64,000 nt of DNA from Balanoglossus misakiensis. Its lineage: Eukaryota; Animalia; Hemichordata. The DNA lies in the NCBI GenBank assembly GCA_040954595.2, contig CM082583.2, positions 4,455,374 to 4,519,373 of the forward strand, given 5' to 3'. How positions within the stretch are numbered: position 1 is the first letter of the stretch; each line of letters opens with the position of its first letter. Made by a program: the position numbers and the translations under genes. This document shows, one piece after another, positions 25,613 to 37,607 of the stretch. The notes beneath the pieces were generated by a model. That model was not told where the DNA came from and made no database searches. It saw only the letters and a program-made list of their open reading frames with translations.

Positions 25613-28600
25613 TTTGTCAAAAAATGAAGAAATTTTGAACTTTCGCAAAGTCGAAAAATTATCATTTTTGGATGATTTTCATGAGCTACAACCCGCAAAA
25701 TCGAAAAATTGTCATTTTTGGATGATTTTCATGATCTATAGCCCATGATTTTTTTCAAAAAATGAAGAAATTTTGAACTTTCACAAAGTCGAAAAATTGT
25801 CATTTTTTGGATGATTTTCATGAGCTATAACCCGTGATTTATTTCAAAAAATGAAGAAATTTTGAACTTTCACAAAGTCCATAAATTGTCTTTTTTGGAT
25901 GATTTTCATGAGCTATAACCCATGATTTTTTTCAAAAAATGAAGAAATTTTGACCATTCGCAAAAGTCGAAAAATTGTCATTTTTAGATGATTTTCATGA
26001 GCTATAACCCATGATTTTTGTCAAAAATGAAGAAATTTTGAACTTTCACAAAGTCGAAAAATTGTCATTTTTGGATGATTTTCATGAGCTATAACCAATT
26101 ATTTTTTCAAAAAATGAAGAAATTTTGAACTTTCGCAAAGTCGATAAATTGTCATTTTTGGATGATTTCCATGAGCTATAACCCATGATTTTTTTCAATA
26201 AAATGAAGAAATTTGAACTTTCGCAAAGTCGATAAATTGTCATTTTTGGATGATTTTCATGAGCTATAACCCATGATTTTTTTCAAAAAATGAAGAAATT
26301 TTGAACTTTCACAAAGTCGAAAAATTGTCATTTTTGGATGATTTGCATGAGCTATAACCCATGATTTTTTAAAAAAATGAAGAAATTTTGAACTTTCGCA
26401 AAGTCGAAAAATTGTCATTTTTGGAAGATTTTCATGAGCTATAACCCATGATTTTTGTCAAACAATGAAGAAATTTTGAACTTTCGCAAATTCGAAAAAT
26501 TGTCATTTTTGGATGATTTTCATGAGCTATATAACCCATGATTTTTTTCAAAAAATGAAGAAATTTTGAACTTTCACAAAGTCGAAAAATTGTCATTTTT
26601 GGATGATTTGCATGAGGTATAACCCATGATTTTTTAAAAAAATGAAGAAATTTTGAACTTTCGCAAAGTCGAAAAAATGTCATTTTTGAATGATTTTCAT
26701 GAGCTATAACCCATGATTTTTGTCAAACAATGAAGAAATTTTGAACTTTCGCAAAGTCGAAAAAGTGTCATTTTTGGATGATTTTCATGAGCTATAACCC
26801 ATGATTTTTGTCAAAAAATGAAGAAATTTTGCCCTTTGGCAAAGTCGAAAAATTGTCATTTTTGGGTGATTTTCATGAGCTATAACCCATGATTTTTGTC
26901 AAAAAATGAAGAAATTTTGAACATTCGCAAAGTCGAAAAAATGTCATTTTTGAATGATTTTCATGAGCTATAACCCATGATTTTTATCAACAAATGAAGA
27001 AATTTTGAACATTCGCAAAATCGAAAAATTGTCATTTTTGGATGATTTTCATGAACTATAACCCATGATTTTTGTCAAAAAATGAAGAAATTTTGCCCCT
27101 TCGCAAAGTCGAAAAATTGTCATTTTTGGATGATTTTCATGAGCTATAACCCATGATTTTTGTCAAAAAATGAAGAAATTTTGAACTTTCGCAAAGTCGA
27201 AAAATTGTCATTTTTGAATGATTTTCATGAGCTATAACCCATGATTTTTGTCAAAAAATGAAGAAATTTTGAACTTTCGCAAAGTCGAAAAATTGTCATT
27301 TTTGGATGATTTTCATGAGCTATAACCCATGATTTTTGTCAAAAAATGAAGAAATTTTGAACTTTCACAAAGTCGAAAAATTGTCATTTTGGATGATTTT
27401 CATGAGCTATAACCCATGATTTTTGTCAAAAAATGAAGAAATTTTGCCCTTTGGCAAAGTCGATAAATTGTCATTTTTGGATGATTTTCATGACCTATAA
27501 CCCATGATATATGTCAAAAAATGAATAAATTTTGAACTTTCGCAAAGTCGAAAAATTGTCATTTTTGGATGATTTTCATGAGCTATAACCCATGATATTT
27601 GTCAAAAAATGAATAAATTTTGAACTTTCGCAAAGTCGAAAAATTGTCATATTTGGATGATTTTCATGAGCTATAACCCATGATTTTTGTCAAAAAATGA
27701 AGAAATTTTGAACATTCGCAAAATCGAAAAATTGTCATTTTTGGGATGATTTTCATGAGCTATAACCCATGATTTTTGTCAAAAAATGAAGAAATTTAGA
27801 ACTTTCGCAAAGTCGAAAAATTGTCATTTTTGGATAATTTTCATGAGCTATAACCCATGATTTTTGTCAAAAAATGAAGAAATTTTGAACTTTCACAAAG
27901 TCGAAAAATTGTCATTTTTGGATGATTTTCATGAGCTATAACCCATGATTTTTGTCAAAAAAATGAAGAAATTTTGAACTTTTGCAAAGTCGAAAAATTG
28001 TCATTTTTGGATAATTTTCATGAGCTATAACCCATGATTTTTGTCAAAAAATGAAGAAATTTTGCCCTTTCGCAAAGTCGGAAAATTGTCATTTATGGAT
28101 GATTTTCATGAGCTATAACCCATGATTTTTGTCAAAAAATGAAGAAATTTTGAACTTTCCCAAAGTCGAAAAATTGTCATTTTTGGATGATTTTCATGAG
28201 CTATAACCCATTATTTTAGTCAAAAAATGAAGAAATTTTGAACTTTCCCAAAGTCGAAAAATTGTCATTTTGGGATGATTTTCATGAGCTATAACCAATG
28301 ATTTTTGTCAAAAAAATGAAGAAATTTTGAACTTTCACAAAGTCGAAAAATTGTCATTTTTGGATTATTTTCATGAGCTATAATCCATGAAATTTGTCAA
28401 AAAATGAAGAAATTTGAACTTTCGCAAAGTCGAAAAATTGTCATATTTGGATGATTTTCATGAGCTATAACCCATGATTTTTGTCAAAAAATGAAGAAAT
28501 TTTGAACTTTCCCAAAGTCGAAAAATTGTCATTTTTGGATGATTTTCATGAGCTATAACCCATTATTTTTGTCAAAAAATGAAGAAATTTTGAACTTTCC

Positions 28601-31600
28601 CAAAGTCGAAAAATTGTCATTTTTGGATGATTTTCATGAGCTATAACCAATGATTTTTGTCAAAAAATGAAGAAATTTTGAACTTTCACAAAGTCGTAAA
28701 ATTGTCATTTTTGGATTATTTTCATGAGCTATAACCCATGATTTTTGTCAAAAAATGAAGAAATTTTGAACATTCGCAAAATCGAAAAATTGTCATTTTT
28801 GGGATGATTTTCATGAGCTATAACCCATGATTTTTGTCAAAAAATGAAGAAATTTAGAACTTTCGCAAAGTCGAAAAATTGTCATTTTTGGATAATTTTC
28901 ATGAGCTATAACCCATGATTTTTGTCAAAAAATGAAGAAATTTTGAACTTTCACAAAGTCGAAAAATTGTCATTTTTGGATGATTTTCATGAGCTATAAC
29001 CCATGATTTTTGTCCAAAAAATGAAGAAATTTTGAACTTTTGCAAAGTCAAAAAATTGTCATTTTTGGATGATTTTCATGAGCTATAACCCATGATTTTT
29101 GTCAAAAATGAAGAAATTTTGAACTTTCACAAAGTCGAAAAATTGTCATTTTTGGATGATTTTCATGAGCTATAACCCATTATTTTAGTCAAAAAATGAA
29201 GAAATTTTGAACTTTCCCAAAGTCGAAAAATTGTCATTTTGGGATGATTTTCATGAGCTATAACCAATGATTTTTGTCAAAAAAATGAAGAAATTTTGAA
29301 CTTTCACAAAGTCGAAAAATTGTCATTTTTGGATTATTTTCATGAGCTATAACCCATGAAATTTGTCAAAAAATGAAGAAATTTTGAACTTTCGCAAAGT
29401 CGAAAAATTGTCATATTTGGATGATTTTCATGAGCTATAACCCATGATTTTTGTCAAAAAATGAAGAAATTTTGAACTTTCCCAAAGTCGAAAAATTGTC
29501 ATTTTTGGATGATTTTCATGAGCTATAACCCATTATTTTAGTCAAAAAATGAAGAAATTTTGAACTTTCCCAAAGTCGAAAAATTGTCATTTTGGGATGA
29601 TTTTCATGAGCTATAACCAATGATTTTTGTCAAAAAATGAAGAAATTTTGAACTTTCACAAAGTCGTAAAATTGTCATTTTTGGATTATTTTCATGAGCT
29701 ATAACCCATGATTTTTGTCAAAAAATGAAGAAATTTTGAACTTTCACAAAGTCGAAAAATTGTCATTTTTGGATGATTTTCATGAGCTATGACCCATGAT
29801 TTTTGTCAAAAAATGAAGAAATTTTGAACTTTCGCAAAGTCGAAAAATTGTCATTTTTGGATTATTTTCATGAGCTATAACCCATGATTTTTTTCAAAAA
29901 ATGAATAAATTTTGAACTTTCGCAAAGTCGAAAAATTGTCATTTTTGGATGATTTTCATGAGCTATAACCCATGATATTTGTCAAAAAATGAATAAATTT
30001 TGAACTTTCGCAAAGTCGAAAAATTGTCATATTTGGATGATTTTCATGAGCTATAACCCATGATTTTTGTCAAAAAATGAAGAAATTTTGAACATTCGCA
30101 AAATCGAAAAATTGTCATTTTTGGGATGATTTTCATGAGCTATAACCCATGATTTTGTCAAAAAATGAAGAAATTTAGAACTTTCGCAAAGTCGAAAAAT
30201 TGTCATTTTTGGATAATTTTCATGAGCTATAACCCATGATTTTTGTCAAAAAATGAAGAAATTTTGAACTTTCACAAAGTCGAAAAATTGTCATTTTTGG
30301 ATGATTTTCATGAGCTATAACCCATGATTTTTGTCCAAAAAATGAAGAAATTTTGAACTTTTGCAAAGTCACAAAAATTGTCATTTTTAGATGATTTTCA
30401 TGAGCTATAACCCATGAATTTTGTCAAAAATGAAGAAATTTTGAACTTTCACAAAGTCGAAAAATTGTCATTTTTGGATGATTTTCATGAGCTATAACCC
30501 ATGATTTTTGTCAAAAAAATGAAGAAATTTTGAACTTTCGCAAAGTCGAAAAATTGTCATTTTTGGATGATTTCATGAGCTATAACCCATGATTTTTGTT
30601 AAAAAATAAAGAAATTTTGAAGTTTCGCAAAGTCGTAAAATTGTCATTTTTGGATGATTTTCATGAGCTATAACCCATGATTTTTGTCAAAAAATGAAGA
30701 AATTTTGCCCTTTGGCAAAGTCGAAAAATTGTCATTTTCGGATGATTTTCATGACCTATAACCCATGATATTTGTCAAAAAATGAATAAATTTTGAACTT
30801 TCGCAAAGTCGAAAATTTGTCATTTTTGGATGATTTTCATGAGCTATAACCCATGATTTTTGTCAAAAAATGAAGAAATTTTGAACTTTCGCAAAGTCGA
30901 AAAATTGTCATTTTTGGATGATTTTCATGAGCTATAACCCATGATTTTTGTCAAAAAATGAAGAAATTTTGAACTTTCCCAAAGTCGAAAAATTGTCATT
31001 TTGGGATGATTTTCATGAGCTATAACCAATGATTTTTGTCAAAAAATGAAGAAATTTTGAACTTTCACAAATTCGAAAAATTGTCATTTTTGGATGATTT
31101 TCATGAGCTATAACCCATGATTTTTTTCAAAAAATGAAGAAATTTTGAACTTTCACAAAGTCGAAAAATTGTCATTTTTGGATGATTTTCATGAGCTATA
31201 ACCCATGAAATTTGTCAAAAAATGAAGAAATTTTGAACTTTCGCAAAGTCGAAAAATTGTCATATTTGGATGATTTTCATGAGCTATAACCCATGATTTT
31301 TGTCAAAAAATGAAGAAATTTTGAACATTCGCAAAATCGAAAAATTGTCATTTTTGGGATGATTTTCATGAGCTATAACCCATGATTTTTGTCAAAAAAT
31401 GAAGAAATTTTGAACTTTCGCAAAGTCGAAAAATTGTCATTTTGGGATGATTTTCATGAGCTATAACCCATGATTTTTGTCAAAAAATGAAGAAATTTTG
31501 AACTTTCACAAAGTCGAAAAATTGTCATTTTTGGATGATTTTCATGATCTATAGCCCATGATTTTTTTCAAAAAATGAAGAAATTTTGAACTTTCACAAA

Positions 31601-34600
31601 GTCGAAAAATTGTCATTTTTTGGATGATTTTCATGAGCTATAACCCGTGATTTATTTCAAAAAATGAAGAAATTTTGAACTTTCACAAAGTCCATAAATT
31701 GTCTTTTTTGGATGATTTTCATGAGCTATAACCCATGATTTTTGTCAAAAAAATGAAGAAATTTTGAACTTTCGCAAATTCGAAAAATTGTCATTTTTGG
31801 ATGATTTTCATGAGCTATAACCCATGATTTTTGTCAAAAATGAAGAAATTTTGAACTTTCACAAAGTCGAAAAATTGTCATTTTTGGATGATTTTCATGA
31901 GCTATAACCCATGATTTTTTTTTCAAAAAAATGAAGAAATTTTGAACTTTCGCAAAGTCGAAAAATTGTCATTTTTGGATGATTTCATGAGCTATAACCC
32001 ATGATTTTTGTTAAAAAATGAAGAAATTTTGAAGTTTCGCAAAGTCGAAAAATTGTCATTTTTGGATGATTTTCAGGAGCTATAACCCATGATTTTTGTC
32101 AAAAAATGAAGAAATTTTGCCCTTTGGCAAAGTCGAAAAATTGTCATTTTCGGATGATTTTCATGACCTATAACCCATGATATTTGTCAAAAAATGAATA
32201 AATTTTGAACTTTCGCAAAGTCGAAAATTTGTCATTTTTGGATGATTTTCATGAGCTATAACCCATGATTTTTGTCAAAAAATGAAGAAATTTTGAACTT
32301 TCACAAAGTCGAAAAATTGTCATTTTGGGATGATTTTCATGAGCATAACCAATGATTTTTATCAAAAAATGAAGAAATTTTGAACTTTCCCAAAGTCGAA
32401 AAATTGTCATTTTTGGGATGATTTTCATGAGCTATAACCCATGATTTTTGTCAAAAAAATGAAGAAATTTTGAACTTTCGCAAAGTCGAAAAATTGTCAT
32501 TTTTGGATGATTTTCATGAGCTATAACCCATGATTTTTGTCAAAAAAATGAAGAAATTTTGAACTTTCGCAAAGTCGAAAAATTGTCATTTTTGGATGAT
32601 TTCATGAGCTATAACCCATGATTTTTGTTAAAAAATAAAGAAATTTTGAAGTTTCGCAAAGTCGTAAAATTGTCATTTTTGGATGATTTTCATGAGCTAT
32701 AACCCATGATTTTTGTCAAAAAATGAAGAAATTTTGCCCTTTGGCAAAGTCGAAAAATTGTCATTTTCGGATGATTTTCATGACCTATAACCCATGATAT
32801 TTGTCAAAAAATGAATAAATTTTGAACTTTCGCAAAGTCGAAAATTTGTCATTTTTTGATGATTTTCATGAGCTATAACCCATGATTTTTGTCAAAAAAT
32901 GAAGAAATTTTGAACTTTCGCAAAGTCGAAAAATTGTCATTTTTGGATGATTTTCATGAGCTATAACCCATGATTTTTGTCAAAAAATGAAGAAATTTTG
33001 AACTTTCCCAAAGTCGAAAAATTGTCATTTTGGGATGATTTTCATGAGCTATAACCAATGATTTTTGTCAAAAAATGAAGAAATTTTGAACTTTCACAAA
33101 TTCGAAAAATTGTCATTTTTGGATGATTTTCATGAGCTATAACCCATGATTTTTTTCAAAAAATGAAGAAATTTTGAACTTTCACAAAGTCGAAAAATTG
33201 TCATTTTTGGATGATTTTCATGAGCTATAACCCATGAAATTTGTCAAAAAATGAAGAAATTTTGAACTTTCGCAAAGTCGAAAAATTGTCATATTTGGAT
33301 GATTTTCATGAGCTATAACCCATGATTTTTGTCAAAAAATGAAGAAATTTTGAACTTTCGCAAAGTCGAAAAATTGTCATTTTTGGGATGATTTTCATGA
33401 GCTATAACCCATGATTTTTGTCAAAAAAATGAAGAAATTTTGAACTTTCGCAAAGTCGAAAAATTGTCATTTTGGGATGATTTTCATGAGCTATAACCCA
33501 TGATTTTTGTCAAAAAATGAAGAAATTTTGAACTTTCACAAAGTCGAAAAATTGTCATTTTTGGATGATTTTCATTAGCTATAACCCATGATTTTTGTCA
33601 AAAAAATGAAGAAATTTTGAACTTTCGCAAATTCGAAAAATTGTCATTTTTGGATGATTTTCATGAGCTATAACCCATGATTTTTGTCAAAAATGAAGAA
33701 ATTTTGAACTTTCACAAAGTCGAAAAATTGTCATTTTTGGATGATTTTCATGAGCTATAACCCATGATTTTTTTGTCAAAAAAATGAAGAAATTTTGAAC
33801 TTTCGCAAAGTCGAAAAATTGTCATTTTTGGATGATTTCATGAGCTATAACCCATGATTTTTGTTAAAAAATGAAGAAATTTTGAAGTTTCGCAAAGTCG
33901 AAAAATTGTCATTTTTGGATGATTTTCATGAGCTATAACCCATGATTTTTGTCAAAAAATGAAGAAATTTTGCCCTTTGGCAAAGTCGAAAAATTGTCAT
34001 TTTCGGATGATTTTCATGACCTATAACCCATGATATTTGTCAAAAAATGAATAAATTTTGAACTTTCGCAAAGTCGAAAATTTGTCATTTTTGGATGATT
34101 TTCATGAGCTATAACCCATGATTTTTGTCAAAAAATGAAGAAATTTTGAACTTTCACAAAGTCGAAAAATTGTCATTTTGGGATGATTTTCATGAGCATA
34201 ACCAATGATTTTTATCAAAAAATGAAGAAATTTTGAACTTTCGCAAAGTCGAAAAATTGTCATATTTGGATGATTTTCATGAGCTATAACCCATGATTTT
34301 TGTCAAAAAATGAAGAAATTTTGAACATTCGCAAAATCGAAAAATTGTCATTTTTGGGATGATTTTCATGAGCTATAACCCATGATTTTTGTCAAAAAAT
34401 GAAGAAATTTTGAACTTTCGCAAAGTCGAAAATTTGTCATTTTTGGATGATTTTCATGAGCTATAACCCATGATTTTTGTCAAAAAATGAAGAAATTTTG
34501 AACTTTCACAAAGTCGAAAAATTGTCATTTTTGGATGATTTTCATGAGCTATAACCCATGATTTTTGTCAAAAAATGAAGAAATTTTGAACTTTCCCAAA

Positions 34601-37385
34601 GTCGAAAAATTGTCATTTTTGGATGATTTTCATGAGCTATAACCCATTATTTTAGTCAAAAAATGAAGAAATTTTGAACTTTCCCAAAGTCGAAAAATTG
34701 TCATTTTGGGATGATTTTCATGAGCTATAACCAATGATTTTTGTCAAAAAAATGAAGAAATTTTGAACTTTCACAAAGTCGAAAAATTGTCATTTTTATA
34801 TGATTTTCATGAGCTATAACCCATGATTTTTGTCAAAAAATGAAGAAATTTTGAACTTTCGCAAAGTCGAAAAATTGTCATATTTGGATGATTTTCATGA
34901 GCTATAACCCATGATTTTTGTCAAAAAATGAAGAAATTTTGAACATTCGCAAAATCGAAAAATTGTCATTTTTGGGATGATTTTCATGAGCTATAACCCA
35001 TGATTTTGTCAAAAAATGAAGAAATTTTGAACTTTCTCAAAGTCGAAAAATTGTCATTTTGGGATGATTTTCATGAGCTATAACCCATGATTTTTGTCAA
35101 AAAATGAAGAAATTTTGAACTTTTACAAAGTCGAAAAATTGTCATTTTGGATGATTTTCATGAGCTATAGTATAACCCATGATTTTTGTCAAAAAATGAA
35201 GAAATTTTGCCCTTTGGCAAAGTCGAAAAATTGTCATTTTTGGATGATTTTCATGACCTATTACCCATGATATTTGTCAAAAAATAAATAAATTTTGAAC
35301 TTTCGCAAAGTCGAAAAATTGTCATTTTTGGATGATTTTCATGAGCTATAACCCATGATTTTTGTCAAAAAATGAAGAAATTTTGAACTTTCGCAAAGTC
35401 GAAAAATTGTCATTTTTGGATGATTTTCATGAGCTATAACCCATGATTTTTGTCAAAAAATGAAGAAATTTTGAACTTTCGCAAAGTCGAAAAATTGTCA
35501 TTTTTGGATGATTTTCAGGAGCTATAACCCATGATTTTTGTCAAAAAATGAAGAAATTTTGAACTTTCCCAAAGTCGAAAAATTGTCATTTTGGGATGAT
35601 TTTCATGAGCTATAACCAATGATTTTCGTCAAAAAATGAAGAAATTTTGAACTTTCACAAAGTCGTAAAATTGTCATTTTTGGGATGATTTTCATGAGCT
35701 ATAACCCATGATTTTTGTCAAAAAATGAAGAAATTTTGAACTTTCGCAAAGTCGAAAAATTGTCATTTTTGGATAATTTTCATGAGCTATAACCCATGAT
35801 TTTTGTCAAAAAATGAAGAAATTTAGAACTTTCGCAAAGTCGAAAAATTGTCATTTTTGGATGATTTTCATGAGCTATAACCCATGATTTTTGTCAAAAA
35901 ATGAAGAAATTTTGAACTTTTGCAAAGTCAAAAAATTGTCATTTTTGGATGATTTTCATGAGCTATAACCCATGATTTTTGTCAAAAATGAAGAAATTTT
36001 GAACTTTCACAAAGTCGAAAAATTGTCATTTTTGGATGATTTTCATGAGCTATAACCCATGATTTTTGTCAAAAAAATGAAGAAATTTTGAACTTTCGCA
36101 AAGTCGAAAAATTGTCATTTTGGGATGATTTTCATGAGCTATAACCCATGATTTTTGTTAAAAAATAAAGAAATTTTGAAGTTTCGCAAAGTCGAAAAAT
36201 TGTCATATTTGGATGATTTTCATGAGCTATAACCCATGATTTTGTCAAAAAATGAAGAAATTTTGAACTTTCTCAAAGTCGAAAAATTGTCATTTTGGGA
36301 TGATTTTCATGAGCTATAACCCATGATTTTTGTCAAAAAATGAAGAAATTTTGAACTTTTACAAAGTCGAAAAATTGTCATTTTTGGATGATTTTCATGA
36401 CCTATTACCCATGATATTTGTCAAAAAATAAATAAATTTTGAACTTTCGCAAAGTCGAAAAATTGTCATTTTTGGATGATTTTCATGAGCTATAACCCAT
36501 GATTTTTGTCAAAAAATGAAGAAATTTTGAACTTTCGCAAAGTCGAAAAATTGTCATTTTTGGATGATTTTCATGAGCTATAACCCATGATTTTTGTCAA
36601 AAAATGAAGAAATTTTGAACTTTCGCAAAGTCGAAAAATTGTCATTTTTGGATGATTTTCAGGAGCTATAACCCATGATTTTTGTCAAAAAATGAAGAAA
36701 TTTTGAACTTTCCCAAAGTCGAAAAATTGTCATTTTGGGATGATTTTCATGAGCTATAACCAATGATTTTCGTCAAAAAATGAAGAAATTTTGAACTTTC
36801 ACAAAGTCGTAAAATTGTCATTTTTGGATTATTTTCATGAGCTATAACCCATGATTTTTGTCAAAAAATGAAGAAATTTTGAACTTTCCCAAAGTCGTAA
36901 AATTGTCATTTTTGGATTATTTTCATGAGCTATAACCCATGATTTTTTTCAAAAAATGAAGAAATTTTGAACTTTCGCAAAGTCGAAAAATTGTCATTTT
37001 TGGATGATTTTCATGAGCTATAACCCATGATTTTTGTCAAAAAATGAAGAAATTTTGAACTTTCACAAAGTCGAAAAATTGTCATTTTTGGATGATTTTC
37101 ATGAGCTATAACCCATGATTTTTGTCAAAAAAATGAAGAAATTTTGAACTTTCGCAAAGTCGAAAAATTGTCATTTTTGGATGATTTTCATGAGCTATAA
37201 CCCATGATTTTTGTCAAAAAAATGAAGAAATTTTGAACTTTCGCAAAGTCGAAAAATTGTCATTTTTGGATGATTTTCATGAGCTATAACCCATGATTTT
37301 TGTCAAAAAATGAAGAAATTTTGAACATTCGTAAAATCGAAAAATTGTCATTTTGGGATGATTTTCATGAGCTATAACACATGAT

Positions 37386-37388
<3 letters not shown>
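25609..37388. repeat. Tandem satellite array, 88-bp monomer, ~11.8 kb (~134 units)
   Basis: Consensus tcatgagctataacccatgatttttgtcaaaaaatgaagaaattttgaactttcgcaaagtcgaaaaattgtcatttttggatgattt; successive tcatgag at 37011 and 37099 give the period. Head-to-tail, low divergence, no unique spacers. Confidence 0.97.
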
Positions 37389-37417
<29 letters not shown>

Positions 37418-37479
37418 CATACATACATACATACATACATACATACATACATACATACATACATACATACATACATACA

Positions 37480-37513
<34 letters not shown>

Positions 37514-37607
37514 CATACATACATACATACATACATACATACATACATACATACATACATACATACATACATACATACACACAATACAATACAATACAAT
37601 ACAATAC
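37389..37607. repeat. (CATA)n then (CAATA)n microsatellite at the right edge of the satellite
   Basis: Directly visible. Confidence 0.95.

Noticed and set aside
25609-37388. CRISPR-like array
   Set aside because: The whole 88-bp unit repeats with no unique spacers, there are no cas genes and the context is eukaryotic; it is satellite DNA.
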